Positions 45,488 through 56,175 of a stretch of 64,000 nucleotides of DNA are shown piece by piece. Made by a program: the position numbers and the translations under genes. Source of the DNA: Bdellovibrionales bacterium (lineage in GTDB: Bacteria; Bdellovibrionota; Bdellovibrionia; Bdellovibrionales; UBA1609); NCBI GenBank assembly GCA_041690295.1, contig JAWLHR010000006.1, forward strand, positions 1-64,000, read 5' to 3'. Each line of letters starts with the position of its first letter. Position 1 is the stretch's first letter. The notes beneath the pieces were generated by a model. That model was not told the origin of the DNA, ran no database searches, and was given only the letters and a program-made list of their open reading frames with translations.

Positions 45488-46273
45488 TCACTTAGATAAT
45501 CGTGTCACGATTTGAGACGCCAGATTTTCGAAGGGTGTGTTCAGTCGCGGCTCGGACGCACTCTCCAAAAACGGAACACCGGCTTCAGCGCTCACACCGA
45601 TTTCAGGGAAAAACGGAATCTCAGCCAGCTTCGCGAGGCCCTTGGCGTCCAAGTAGGCGGTCAAATCACCTTTGGGAAAAAGTTGAACGCGCTCACCGTT
45701 TTCATTTTCTAAATAAGCCATGTTTTCCACCACACCGAGCACGGGAACGTTGGTGCGATCAAACATGTCGATGGCTTTTTTGGCGTCCGCAAGAGCGAGA
45801 TTTTGAGGTGTGACCACCACAACCGCGCCCGAAACGGGAACTTTTTGCGCCATGGTGAGAGCCACATCGCCCGTGCCGGGCGGCAGATCGATGACCAGAT
45901 AATCCAACTCACCCCAAAGCACGTCGCGGAAGAACTGATCCATGGCTTTGAACAAGATTGGACCCCGCCAGACAGCGGCTTGGTTTTCATCCACGATGTA
46001 ACCCAAGCTCATCGTCTTCAAACCGTGGCGGATGACAGGAAGCAGTTTCTTGTTCTCATCCATTTCCGGTCGGGATTGCACCGCACCCAGAAGTCGGGGC
46101 ACGCTTGGCCCGTAAAGATCAGCGTCGAGCAAACCGGTCTTAAAACCGGCTTTGTTCAAGGCTATGGCTAGATTAACGGCGATTGTACTTTTACCGACCC
46201 CGCCTTTCCCCGAGCCCACGGCGATGATGTGTTTGACTCCGGGGATGGGTGCCTGCTGAAGAAATGGATTCAT
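45488..46273 (-). CDS. mrp: Mrp/ApbC/NBP35 family P-loop ATPase
   Basis: GKGGVGKST, DADLYGPS, WRGP, WGELDYLVIDLPPGTGD, VENM; no CxxC after VENM. Confidence 0.9.
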   Translation of the reverse strand: MNPFLQQAPIPGVKHIIAVGSGKGGVGKSTIAVNLAIALNKAGFKTGLLDADLYGPSVPRLLGAVQSRPEMDENKKLLPVIRHGLKTMSLGYIVDENQAAVWRGPILFKAMDQFFRDVLWGELDYLVIDLPPGTGDVALTMAQKVPVSGAVVVVTPQNLALADAKKAIDMFDRTNVPVLGVVENMAYLENENGERVQLFPKGDLTAYLDAKGLAKLAEIPFFPEIGVSAEAGVPFLESASEPRLNTPFENLASQIVTRLSK

Positions 46274-46344
46274 GGCACCTTCTTAGACCTTTGCCGGGCT
46301 AGGCTCAAGATGAATTCATTGTTAACATTCATAGAGGAGATCCC

Positions 46345-46743
46345 GTGGTGCCTCCAATTGAGCCTACAACGTTCTGGCTGTACTACGCCGGTGGTTTTTT
46401 GCTGCTGGTGTGGCTCTTATTTTTTCGGCGCCGCCGCCGGGGCATGAGGCTGCACCTGGGTGGAGCAAAAGCTCGAAAGGCGCTAACCGTGGACAACGGA
46501 GCCGCAGAGCCCGTCACGACCGCCGCCACGGGTGGTGAACGGTCGATCAACGTGGTTTTCAATTACAATGGGCACTCCTGGGACGCCTACGAAGTCCTCG
46601 GGCTTCCCGCGGGATGCTCGCTCGCGCAAGTCGAAGCCGCTTATCAAAAAGGCCTTGCCGAAGTGGACAGCTCATCCCGGCCATTCATCGAAGCGGCCTA
46701 TTCCGCGATCAAGGGAAGTCAATCCCGCGCCTCCGGACAATAA
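46345..46743 (+). CDS. Membrane-anchored protein with J-domain-like C-terminus (no HPD)
   Basis: N-terminal TM plus RRRRR; DAYEVLGL...VEAAYQK...IEAAY. Confidence 0.6.
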   Translation: MVPPIEPTTFWLYYAGGFLLLVWLLFFRRRRRGMRLHLGGAKARKALTVDNGAAEPVTTAATGGERSINVVFNYNGHSWDAYEVLGLPAGCSLAQVEAAYQKGLAEVDSSSRPFIEAAYSAIKGSQSRASGQ

Positions 46744-46869
46744 TTACACGCCCCGCCAAGAATGGCTATGAACGTTGAAAACGTCAGGGTCCTTTCTTAG
46801 ATTGAGAGCCCAAAGCTGCGGGTGCCCATTCGTGGATTCTGCGGCATCTTGACGAGGGAGTACCCGTCC

Positions 46870-48210
46870 ATGCAAGTCAATTATCTCAAGGATTTAGCGA
46901 CTCTTGTTTCGCTGTCGAAGCGCCGTGGTTTTGTCTTTCAAAGCTCGGAAATCTATGGCGGTCTGAATTCCTGCTGGGACTATGGTCCCCTGGGCGCGAA
47001 TCTGAAACTCAAAGTGAAGCTTTCATGGTGGAAGGCAATGACCCGCCGACCCGATGTGGTGGGGCTCGATGCCGCGATTCTGATGCACCCGATGGTGTGG
47101 AAAGCCAGCGGCCACGTGGATGGGTTTTCCGACCCGCTGGTGGATTGCAAGAAGTGTAAATTCCGTTTTCGTCAGGACACCGCCATCGTCGACGGCAAAG
47201 TGACCTGCCCGAATTGCGGTTCAACCGAAGTCACCGAACCCCGCCAATTCAACCTGATGTTCAAGACGCACATGGGCCCAGTGGAGAACGAGGGTTCGAT
47301 CGTCTATTTGCGGCCCGAAACCGCGCAGGGAATTTTCGTCAATTTTGAAAACGTGGCCACCTCGTCGCGAAAGAAGATTCCGTTCGGTATCGCCCAAATC
47401 GGAAAATCGTTCCGTAACGAAATCACGCCCGGAAATTTCATTTTCCGTACCCGCGAATTCGAACAGATGGAAATGCAGTATTTCGTCAAACCGGGCACCG
47501 ACATGGAGTGGTTTGAAACCTGGAAGCAGACCCGCATGGACTATTACAAGACGATCGGTCTACGCGAGAGCAAGTTGAAGTTCAAAGAGCACGGACCCAA
47601 TGAGTTGGCCCATTACGCCAAAGCCGCCTTCGATGTTTACTTCGAGTTTCCCCATGGCTGGAGCGAGCTTGAAGGCATTCATAACCGAAGCGACTTCGAC
47701 CTCAGTCAACATCAGAAATTTTCCGGCAAAAAGCTCGAGTACTTCGATGAAGCCACAAAAGAAAAATACATTCCTTACGTGATCGAAACCGCCGTGGGCT
47801 GTGACCGGTTGGTGCTCGCGGTGATGTGTGATGCGTATCGGGAAGAAATCGTCGAGTCGGGTGAAGGCGCCGGTGAACCCCGTGTGGTCATGGGATTCCA
47901 TCCCTCGCTCGCGCCGATTGAAGTGGCGTTCTTGCCGCTCAGTAAAAAACCGGCGCTACAGGAACTGGCTTTCAAATTACGCAACGACTTCGCGCAAGAT
48001 CGCGACGTGGAATATGACGAGACGGGGAGCATCGGCAAACGCTATCGCCGTCAAGATGAAGTCGGTACCCCGCTTTGCGTGACCGTGGATTTCGAAAGTT
48101 TGGAGGATCACAAGGTGACTGTGCGCCATCGCGACAAGATGACGCAGGACCGGGTGGCCCTTGATCAACTCAAGCAATACATCAATAACAAACTGGTGGA
48201 TTTCACATGA
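46870..48210 (+). CDS. glyQS: Glycine--tRNA ligase (alpha2 type)
   Basis: [45 protein letters not shown]. Confidence 0.96.
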   Translation: MQVNYLKDLATLVSLSKRRGFVFQSSEIYGGLNSCWDYGPLGANLKLKVKLSWWKAMTRRPDVVGLDAAILMHPMVWKASGHVDGFSDPLVDCKKCKFRFRQDTAIVDGKVTCPNCGSTEVTEPRQFNLMFKTHMGPVENEGSIVYLRPETAQGIFVNFENVATSSRKKIPFGIAQIGKSFRNEITPGNFIFRTREFEQMEMQYFVKPGTDMEWFETWKQTRMDYYKTIGLRESKLKFKEHGPNELAHYAKAAFDVYFEFPHGWSELEGIHNRSDFDLSQHQKFSGKKLEYFDEATKEKYIPYVIETAVGCDRLVLAVMCDAYREEIVESGEGAGEPRVVMGFHPSLAPIEVAFLPLSKKPALQELAFKLRNDFAQDRDVEYDETGSIGKRYRRQDEVGTPLCVTVDFESLEDHKVTVRHRDKMTQDRVALDQLKQYINNKLVDFT

Positions 48211-50921
48211 AAGAGATGGCCGTGGACACACAGAAAACAACACTGAGAATTCCGGAAAAGTTCGTTTATTTCTTTTCGGCGGGCGCGACCGAAGGCCACG
48301 CCGGGATGAAAAACATCCTGGGTGGAAAGGGAGCCAACCTGGCGGAAATGACCTCTCTGGGATTGCCCGTGCCCCCCGGGTTCACCATTTCCACGGAAAT
48401 GTGTCAGGTGTTTTATGATAACGGCGAACGCCTGCCCGAAATTTTAAAAACCAAGGCCATGGAAGCCATGGGCCGCGTGGAATCCTTGATCGGCAAAAAA
48501 TTCGGTGACCCGTCCAATCCGTTGTTGGTGAGCGTTCGCTCCGGCGCGCGCGCCAGTATGCCGGGCATGATGGACACCATCTTGAATCTCGGTTTGAACG
48601 ACAAAACCGTTGAAGGTTTGGCCACGAAGACCGGAAACCCGCGATTCGCGTGGGACTCCTATCGCCGCTTTTTGACCATGTACTCCAACGTGGTCATGAA
48701 CATGAACACGTCGTTACTCGAAGTGGTGCTTGAAGACCTTAAAGAACACAAAGGTTACAAGCTCGACACCGAACTCACCGTGGACGATTTAAAACTCCTG
48801 GTCGACAAATATAAAAAGCAAATTATTGAATCCACCGGCACCGCCTTCCCGACGGATCCCTGGGAGCAGCTCTGGGGCGCGGTTTCGGCGGTCTTTAAAA
48901 GTTGGAATTCACCTCGAGCGATCACTTATCGCGGTCTTCACGGTTATCCGAGCCATTGGGGAACCGCGGTCAATGTGCAATCCATGGTGTTCGGAAACAT
49001 GGGTGACGATTGCGCCACCGGCGTGGCGTTCACCCGTAATCCGTCGACCGGTGAAAAGAAATTTTTCGGTGAGTATCTGATCAACGCTCAAGGTGAGGAC
49101 GTGGTGGCGGGAATTCGTACACCCCATCCCATCACCAAGGATGCGGCCAAGGGCACGGACTCCCGCTCGCTGGAAGAAGCCATGCCCGAAGCCTACAGGG
49201 AATTGGTCGCGATTTATCAAAAACTTGAGTCCCATTATCGTGACATGCAGGACATTGAGTTCACCATTGAAAAGAACAAGCTTTGGATGTTGCAAACCCG
49301 CAATGGCAAGCGCACCGCCAAGGCGGCTTTGCGGATCGCCTGCGACATGATCGACGAAGGGCTCATCACTCCGGACGAGGCTTTGCTTCGCATCTCGCCG
49401 CAAAGTTTGGATCAGTTGCTCCATCCCACGTTGGATTCGAGCGCGGCGAAGACCTTGCTCTGTAAAGGTTTACCCGCCTCTCCGGGCGGCGCCACCGGAC
49501 AAATTGTTTTCTCCAGTGAGAAAGCGGTGGAGTGGGCGGCTCAAGGCAAAAAAGTGATTTTGGTGAGAATTGAAACCAGTCCCGAAGACATCGAAGGAAT
49601 GGTGAGCGCGCAGGGTGTGCTCACCACTCGCGGTGGAATGACTTCGCACGCGGCCGTCGTGGCGCGGGGAATGGGCAAGTGCTGTGTCGCCGGTTGCGGT
49701 GACATCGACGTGGACTATCACCGCGAAGAAATGAGGGTGAAAGGTTATGTCCTTAAAACCGGTGATCAAATCACCCTTGATGGCTCCACCGGTGAGGTTT
49801 TCCTAGGCGAAGTGAAAACCATTGAACCCACGTTGGATGAATATTTCCTGCGTCTCATGAAACTGGCCGATCAAAAGAGAAAACTGGGCGTCAGGGCCAA
49901 CGCGGACACGCCGGTGGATGCGGAAACCGCCCGCCGATTCGGCGCCGAAGGTATTGGCCTCTGTCGGACGGAACATATGTTCTTCGGCGCGGACCGCATC
50001 GATGTCATGCGCCGGATGATCATGGCCGAAACGCGGGAAGAAAGAGTCGAGGCTTTGAACGAACTTTTACCCATGCAACGGTCCGACTTCATTGGTTTGT
50101 TCAAAGCCATGAAAGGATATCCGGTCACCATCCGTTTGCTGGATCCCCCCCTTCATGAGTTCCTGCCCCACACGGAAAAGGAATTGGAAGAGCTGGCCAA
50201 GCGATTGAGCATTAATCCGGATAAGTTACGGGTGAAAGTTCGTAATCTTCATGAAATGAATCCAATGCTCGGTCATCGCGGTTGCCGACTGGCGATCACA
50301 TACCCCGAGATTTATCAAATGCAGGCGCGGGCCATCGCCGAGGCCGCGGTTTCGGCATTAAAAGAAGGCAACACCGAGCTGGTTCCGGAAATCATGATTC
50401 CATTAGTCGGTACCGAAGCGGAATTGCGCAAACTTAAAGAATTGGTTGAAAAGGAAGTGCGCTCGGTTCAGGAGCAAACCAAAACGCGATTTGATTATCT
50501 TGTAGGCACGATGATCGAGCTTCCCCGCGCGGCGCTGATGGCCGACGAGATCGCGCAACATGCTGAATTTTTCAGCTTCGGCACGAATGATCTCACCCAA
50601 ACCACGCTTGGAATTTCCCGTGATGACGCCGGCCGTTTCTTGGCAACTTACGTGAACGACGGCATCTATCCCTCTGATCCGTTTCAATCGATTGACCAAA
50701 AAGGTGTTGGCAAACTGGTTGAAATGGCGGTTGAATTGGGTCTTAAGACCCGGCCGAAACTGAAGCTGGGTGTGTGTGGTGAGCATGGCGGCGACCCAGC
50801 CAGCATTCAGTTTTTCCACAAGGTGGGGCTGAATTACGTGAGCTGTTCGCCTTACCGAGTGCCCATCGCACGTTTAGCCGCGGCCCAAGCCGCGATTAAC
50901 GAGCGGGGAACTGAGCATTGA
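48207..50921 (+). CDS. ppdK: Pyruvate, phosphate dikinase
   Basis: [45 protein letters not shown]. Confidence 0.97.
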   Translation: MKEMAVDTQKTTLRIPEKFVYFFSAGATEGHAGMKNILGGKGANLAEMTSLGLPVPPGFTISTEMCQVFYDNGERLPEILKTKAMEAMGRVESLIGKKFGDPSNPLLVSVRSGARASMPGMMDTILNLGLNDKTVEGLATKTGNPRFAWDSYRRFLTMYSNVVMNMNTSLLEVVLEDLKEHKGYKLDTELTVDDLKLLVDKYKKQIIESTGTAFPTDPWEQLWGAVSAVFKSWNSPRAITYRGLHGYPSHWGTAVNVQSMVFGNMGDDCATGVAFTRNPSTGEKKFFGEYLINAQGEDVVAGIRTPHPITKDAAKGTDSRSLEEAMPEAYRELVAIYQKLESHYRDMQDIEFTIEKNKLWMLQTRNGKRTAKAALRIACDMIDEGLITPDEALLRISPQSLDQLLHPTLDSSAAKTLLCKGLPASPGGATGQIVFSSEKAVEWAAQGKKVILVRIETSPEDIEGMVSAQGVLTTRGGMTSHAAVVARGMGKCCVAGCGDIDVDYHREEMRVKGYVLKTGDQITLDGSTGEVFLGEVKTIEPTLDEYFLRLMKLADQKRKLGVRANADTPVDAETARRFGAEGIGLCRTEHMFFGADRIDVMRRMIMAETREERVEALNELLPMQRSDFIGLFKAMKGYPVTIRLLDPPLHEFLPHTEKELEELAKRLSINPDKLRVKVRNLHEMNPMLGHRGCRLAITYPEIYQMQARAIAEAAVSALKEGNTELVPEIMIPLVGTEAELRKLKELVEKEVRSVQEQTKTRFDYLVGTMIELPRAALMADEIAQHAEFFSFGTNDLTQTTLGISRDDAGRFLATYVNDGIYPSDPFQSIDQKGVGKLVEMAVELGLKTRPKLKLGVCGEHGGDPASIQFFHKVGLNYVSCSPYRVPIARLAAAQAAINERGTEH

Positions 50922-53900
50922 GGATCAAAAAACTCGAGCTGATTGGTTTTAAATCCTTTAAGGATCGAACCGTCATTCACTTCGATAAAGGGATCACCGG
51001 TATCGTTGGTCCCAACGGATGCGGCAAGTCAAACATCGTGGACGCCCTGATTTGGGTCATGGGTGAAATGTCGGCCAAACACCTGCGTGGATCGTCCATG
51101 TCGGACGTGATCTTTGCCGGAGCCGAAGGTTACGCCCCCATGGGCATGGCCGAAGTCTCTTTAACTTTGGAAAACGACGGCGGACTTTTCCCCGCCAAGT
51201 ATCTGAAATTTTCCGAATTGATGGTCACTCGCCGACTTCATCGCGATGGTGAGTCCGAGTATCTGATCAATAAAGAACCGGCGCGACTCCGTGACATTCA
51301 GGAAATCTTCATGGACACCGGTGCCGGCGCCAAAGGATTTTCGATCATCGAGCAAGGCGCGATCGGCAAAATCGTGACAGCCAAGCCGGAAGATCGCCGC
51401 GTTTTGATTGAAGAAGCCGCGGGGATCACCAAGTTCAAAGTGCGAAAGCGCGAATCCCAGCGAAAATTGGTTTCGACTGAACAGAACCTGACTCGATTGC
51501 AGGACATTCTCGGCGAACAAAAACGCCAGTTGGATTCATTGGAGCGGCAGGCCCAGCGCGCGGACCGCTATCGCGGGCTTAAGCGCGAACTGCAGGAAAA
51601 AGAAGTTCTTCATTCATCGAAGGCCTACTTGCAACTCCATACGGAAGCGGAAGGGCTCCGGCAGGAAGTGGAGTCGATTCGTGAGCAGGAAGCCGGCTGG
51701 GGCGGTAAAGTTTCCACTTTGGAAAGTGACCTTTCGGCCCTGCGACTGCAGGTGGTGGAGCACGAAAAAGCGCTCGAAACCGTCTTGCAGGAACATCAAA
51801 AAGCGCAGAATGAGACGCAAACTCTTGAATTCACCATTCGCGAACTGAATTTTGAAATTGAACAGGCGCGGCGCAACAAGGAAATGACGGGTTCCATGCT
51901 CGAGCAATCCCAGGCACGGAAAGTGGCTTTGGAAAACGAGCTGAAACAAGTCGAGGAGAACTTGGCCACGGCCAAAACGAAGGCCGAACAAGTGGGCGCC
52001 GAATATCAAGCGCGCGCGGCGGAGCTTTCGTCCATTCAGGCGCGAATCACGGAACTGGATCAAAAGCTCACCAACGAACGCCGTGAAATGCTCACGGTTT
52101 CACAGAGTGAAACGCACCTGGATGTTCGGTTCCAAACTTTGACGGAAAAGCTCAAGGAGCAGGATGAGCGGCTCGAACAGCTTCGTTCGGTTGAGCAGGA
52201 GCTGATTTCTCAAAGCTCTGAGTTTGAAAAGCGCAGGAACGCCACCTTCAATAAATTGGAAAGCGAGCGGCAATTGCAGCTCGATATCATGAAGGATGTC
52301 GAGAACTTTGAAGCCAACCATGAAATTTTGGTTCGCCAGGTCAGCGAAAAGCAAGAAGAGGTCAATCGGTTCAAAGACTCGTTGAATGAAGTGGCGAGCC
52401 GTTTGTACGGACTGGAGAATTTGCAGTCCAATTTCGAAGGCTTCGAAGAAGGTGTCAAACAGGTGATGCTGTGGCAAAGGTCGCAGCAACAGGTTCATGC
52501 CGATGGCAGCGTGAGCGAAGGTCCGCTTCACCTGCGCCCGGTGGCGGAATTGGTTGAAGCGCCCGAAGAATATGAATTGGCAATGGAAGCCGCGTTGGGC
52601 AGCAAGTTGCAGTTGCTGGTGTCGGATTCGGGCCAATCGGCCCTCGGCGCGCTTGATTATCTGAAAACCAACACGAAGGGCCGCTCAAGCTTTATCGCCA
52701 GTGACTGGTTGCCACAGACGGGATCCAACGATCCCGGCGCGATCAAAGCGCAAGAGGGTGTGCGCACTCTCCTCAGTGAAGTGGTCAGCATTCCCGACGA
52801 ACAAAAAAATTTGGTTTTGCCGTTCTTTGAAAAAGTCGCGGTGGTGGATTCGATTCGAACCGCATTGCGATTGCGCCCGGAATTCCCGGATTACTTTTTT
52901 GTTACAACCGATGGCGATTGCCTGTCTCCGGATGGTGTGTTGACCGGTGGAACGGCGGAAAGCGCCGACTCGGGATTGCTCAAGCGCCGGCGCGAAATCA
53001 AAGAACTCTCGCAGCAGCGTGAAGAGTGGGCCGGTAAGTTGGCTTTGGCCAAGTTGTCGCTGGAAAAACTTGAAGCGAAGGCCGCGCAAGTCGCGGAAGA
53101 ACTTGAAAACGCCCGTAAGCGCCATGTGGAAAAAGAAGTCTTGATCGTTGAGCTCAAAAAAGATCTCGAGCGGGCGGAAAATGAACTCAAGAACGCCCAG
53201 GTCGCGGTCAGCCGCCAGCAAAACGAAATCAGCAAAGAAGAGGCGTCCCGGCTTAAAATCCAAACCGAACTGGATGAGGTCGGCGCGCGTTTTCATGAAA
53301 TGCGTGAGCGCCGGATGCGTCTCGAACTTTCGGTGAAGAACATCGATGACGAATTCCAGCAAGCGCGCGGCGGTGTGGAAGGACTGCAAAAAAGGGTCAC
53401 TGAACTGCAAGTGGAAGCGGCTTCCAGTCAAAAAGATGTCGAATCCCTGCGCCAGCGTTTTGAATTGCTTGATCGCTCGCTCAAAGAAATTCAAGAGCAA
53501 GTTGAAAAAATGGCCAGCGAGTCCGACCGAAGCCTTGAGACTTTGAATGTGAATCAGGTGATGGTCGAACAGCGCAAGCTGGATTTGGAGCAGGCCATTT
53601 CGCGCACGCAAGAACTCGCGCAGAAGGTCGCGGCCGCGCGGGATCAGTTTGAACAGATTCAGGCCAAGGCCCGGGAGGCGGAAGCCTCTTTGAACGAATT
53701 CCATTCGAGCCGCCATCAGCTGCAGTCGCGTTTGAATGAAGCGTCGTTGAAGCTTGAACAAGCGCGAATGAAGGAGCAATACCTGATCGATCAAATGCGC
53801 GAGCGCTACATGATCGATTTGAGCGTTGTGGCCGGACAGCATGCCTCCACCGAAGTGGATTTACCGGCGCTTGAAAGTGAAGTGGCCGATCTCAAGAACA

Positions 53901-54505
53901 AGCTCAGCAAGATCGGCGAAGTGAATCTGTCCTCCATTGAAGAATACGAAGATTTAAAGCAACGTCACGATTTCCTCGATCAACAGTACAAAGATCTGAT
54001 CGAAGCCAAGGACCAATTAAAGAAGGTGATCGATCGGATCAACCGCATTTGTTCGAAGCGCTTTAAAGACACCTTTGAGCAAGTGAACGAGCGATTCACC
54101 AAGGTCTTTCCGGTGCTCTTCGGCGGCGGTGAGGCCCGCTTGATTCTGGTGGAAGATCCGGAGAACGGCGAAATGGGGATCGATATCGTGGCCCGCCCGC
54201 CCGGCAAAAAAGCGCAAAACATCTCGCTGCTCTCAGGTGGAGAGAAAGCGCTGACCGCGGTGTCGCTGATCTTCTCCATCTTCCTCGTCAAACCTTCTCC
54301 GTTCTGTTTGCTGGACGAGGTGGATGCGCCGCTTGACGATGCCAACGTTTACCGATTCAACGACTTGGTCAAAGAAATGGCCAAGCGTTCACAGATCATC
54401 ATCGTGACCCACAATAAGCACACGATGAAAGTGAACAACGTTCTTTACGGCGTCACTCAAGAAGAAAAAGGCGTCTCCAAAATGGTCTCCGTCAATCTCG
54501 CGTAA
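50918..54505 (+). CDS. smc: Chromosome segregation protein SMC
   Basis: GPNGCGKSN, coiled coils and hinge, LSGGEK, LLDEVDAPLD. Confidence 0.97.
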   Translation: MRIKKLELIGFKSFKDRTVIHFDKGITGIVGPNGCGKSNIVDALIWVMGEMSAKHLRGSSMSDVIFAGAEGYAPMGMAEVSLTLENDGGLFPAKYLKFSELMVTRRLHRDGESEYLINKEPARLRDIQEIFMDTGAGAKGFSIIEQGAIGKIVTAKPEDRRVLIEEAAGITKFKVRKRESQRKLVSTEQNLTRLQDILGEQKRQLDSLERQAQRADRYRGLKRELQEKEVLHSSKAYLQLHTEAEGLRQEVESIREQEAGWGGKVSTLESDLSALRLQVVEHEKALETVLQEHQKAQNETQTLEFTIRELNFEIEQARRNKEMTGSMLEQSQARKVALENELKQVEENLATAKTKAEQVGAEYQARAAELSSIQARITELDQKLTNERREMLTVSQSETHLDVRFQTLTEKLKEQDERLEQLRSVEQELISQSSEFEKRRNATFNKLESERQLQLDIMKDVENFEANHEILVRQVSEKQEEVNRFKDSLNEVASRLYGLENLQSNFEGFEEGVKQVMLWQRSQQQVHADGSVSEGPLHLRPVAELVEAPEEYELAMEAALGSKLQLLVSDSGQSALGALDYLKTNTKGRSSFIASDWLPQTGSNDPGAIKAQEGVRTLLSEVVSIPDEQKNLVLPFFEKVAVVDSIRTALRLRPEFPDYFFVTTDGDCLSPDGVLTGGTAESADSGLLKRRREIKELSQQREEWAGKLALAKLSLEKLEAKAAQVAEELENARKRHVEKEVLIVELKKDLERAENELKNAQVAVSRQQNEISKEEASRLKIQTELDEVGARFHEMRERRMRLELSVKNIDDEFQQARGGVEGLQKRVTELQVEAASSQKDVESLRQRFELLDRSLKEIQEQVEKMASESDRSLETLNVNQVMVEQRKLDLEQAISRTQELAQKVAAARDQFEQIQAKAREAEASLNEFHSSRHQLQSRLNEASLKLEQARMKEQYLIDQMRERYMIDLSVVAGQHASTEVDLPALESEVADLKNKLSKIGEVNLSSIEEYEDLKQRHDFLDQQYKDLIEAKDQLKKVIDRINRICSKRFKDTFEQVNERFTKVFPVLFGGGEARLILVEDPENGEMGIDIVARPPGKKAQNISLLSGGEKALTAVSLIFSIFLVKPSPFCLLDEVDAPLDDANVYRFNDLVKEMAKRSQIIIVTHNKHTMKVNNVLYGVTQEEKGVSKMVSVNLA

Positions 54506-54532
54506 AAGGTAGGCCGTTCCAAATCAGGATGC
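54506..54532 (+). repeat. 27-bp dispersed repeat (REP-like), copy after smc
   Basis: AAGGTAGGCCGTTCCAAATCAGGATGC is identical to 63259-63285; degenerate copy at 54550-54569. Confidence 0.8.
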
Positions 54533-54583
54533 GTAGCGGAATTATTTAGAAGGTGTGGCGGTCCAAATCGCTGCGGAAGAATA

Positions 54584-54614
54584 AAAAACGCCACTCGGAT
54601 GGAGTGGCGTTTTT
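54584..54614. terminator. Bidirectional intrinsic terminator
   Basis: AAAAAACGCCACTC..GAGTGGCGTTTTT between convergent genes. Confidence 0.85.
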
Positions 54615-54638
54615 GTTTTCAAGCACAACGCGGATCGA

Positions 54639-55298
54639 TTAGCGGGCGACCATCGGCAGGTTCTGTTGTCCTTGATAGGGACGAGTGAGCGGAGCGACCT
54701 GCGGCTGTTGCGGAGCCTGGTAAATCGGAACTTGCGGAGTGGCGGGTCCAGCCACGGCCGGCGGAACTAGCTGCGTCTGACCCGGTCCCGGAACAGGCAT
54801 GATGTGCATTTGGCCCGGACGATGGGGGCGCACAAGCGGTGGCCGGTTGTTGGCGATCGGCGGACGACGATGCCAGCCAGAACGATGGTTGCGAACGTAG
54901 CGGCGATCCACATCAACGATTCGCCATTGGCCGTTGATAAAGCAAGCGTGCTTAGTGGTGACAACGCGACGGCCGCGGCGTGAAACTGCGACTTCATCAA
55001 AAGAGCGGCAAAGCTGTCCGCGGTAAGGTCCCTGATTAATAATCACTTCGTGGCCGGGGCGGAATTCGACGTAGCCGCCGTTGATCGGGTAGCGTTGACC
55101 ACAGCTATAAGAATTAAAACAGAGATTAAAGCCGTGATTGTATTGGTGGCGATCGTTGTCAGTTAATTTGGAAATCAAAATTCCAGTTCCAACTCCGAGA
55201 GCGAATCCTAATACATCGCCGAGATCCAGCGCCTCTGATTTTGCTGGCGTGAACAGCGCGATCTGCGCGGCGACGGCCAGACTCAATAATTGTTTCAT
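54639..55298 (-). CDS. Secreted hypothetical protein with Pro/Gln-rich tail
   Basis: GAGGAGG RBS, signal peptide, Gly-rich hydrophobic stretch, Cys pairs (LCRSF...HACFINGQW). Confidence 0.65.
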   Translation of the reverse strand: MKQLLSLAVAAQIALFTPAKSEALDLGDVLGFALGVGTGILISKLTDNDRHQYNHGFNLCFNSYSCGQRYPINGGYVEFRPGHEVIINQGPYRGQLCRSFDEVAVSRRGRRVVTTKHACFINGQWRIVDVDRRYVRNHRSGWHRRPPIANNRPPLVRPHRPGQMHIMPVPGPGQTQLVPPAVAGPATPQVPIYQAPQQPQVAPLTRPYQGQQNLPMVAR

Positions 55299-55323
55299 AA
55301 AGCCTCCTCAAGACCACTCCAAT

Positions 55324-55339
55324 TGCAAGGTCATGGCCC
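55324..55339 (-). promoter_or_regulatory. Sigma54-like promoter
   Basis: GGGCCATGACCTTGCA = GG-N10-GC, 25 nt upstream of ATG 55298. Confidence 0.4.
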
Positions 55340-55508
55340 CTGAAAACTGAAATTATTGAATCTGACGGGGGTGCCAATGTTGAATGATTGGGGGGTGCCA
55401 TAGAGGCGTTTTAAAAAACCTCGTGAAACAAGCGATTTATCCCTGTCCAAGTTTTATTCAGGTGGAGGGCCGTAAATAGAGAGTAAAAATGGGGTTTATA
55501 AGAGCTAG

Positions 55509-56111
55509 TTATTCAACGAGCCGCCGAAGAACCGCTGACACGCGCGCCATGGCCTGAGGAAGGTTTTCGCGAAAGGCCTCCATCGTGGCGGAGTCCGCAC
55601 GATCGGTGACACCGCGGATTTCCAAAAAAGGGATCTGACGATGCTTACAGGCTCGTGCTCCGCCGGCGCCTTCCCAGGCCACGGCCAGGGCGGACGTCTT
55701 CCGCGCGATCTCCTGGGCGCGCTCAGAACCAACCACGTCCTCATCTCCACTCGCCATCGGACCGAAGTGAACCGGAAAATCAAATGGAATCCCTTTGAGG
55801 CGCTCGAGCGCCTGGGGATCGCCGGGGAACTCCGGCGGCGGTTGATCGACCATTCGGATTTTAAAATCATGCTCGATGGTTTTCTCGGCCACCACGACGT
55901 CGTGGGGTTGAACCCGCGGGGAGAGAGCTCCGCAAGCGCCCGCGCAGATCACGAGCTTTGGCGTTCGAGCCATAATCAGTTCCTGCGCTCGCAGCGCGAA
56001 CGCCACTTTACCGTGTCCGCCGGTTTCAAAGCGCACGTGATCGAGTTCCGACGGCCAGTCGGAGGCGAGTAATTTTCGTTCTATCGGTAATGGTGTCACG
56101 ACGAGAATCAT
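55509..56111 (-). CDS. mtnN: 5'-methylthioadenosine/S-adenosylhomocysteine nucleosidase family
   Basis: GGHGKV, GACGAL, EHD, ASGDE, WEGAG, IRGVTDRAD. Confidence 0.82.
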   Translation of the reverse strand: MILVVTPLPIERKLLASDWPSELDHVRFETGGHGKVAFALRAQELIMARTPKLVICAGACGALSPRVQPHDVVVAEKTIEHDFKIRMVDQPPPEFPGDPQALERLKGIPFDFPVHFGPMASGDEDVVGSERAQEIARKTSALAVAWEGAGGARACKHRQIPFLEIRGVTDRADSATMEAFRENLPQAMARVSAVLRRLVE

Positions 56112-56175
56112 TACTCTTGTGCCTCTAGCACAGCCGTGCTTGACGTGCCTTACTCGACTCGTTACATCATCAAGC

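Noticed and set aside
54506..54570. Possible CRISPR mini-array
   Set aside because: Only two degenerate units with a 17-nt gap, no cas genes, and the other copy is dispersed.
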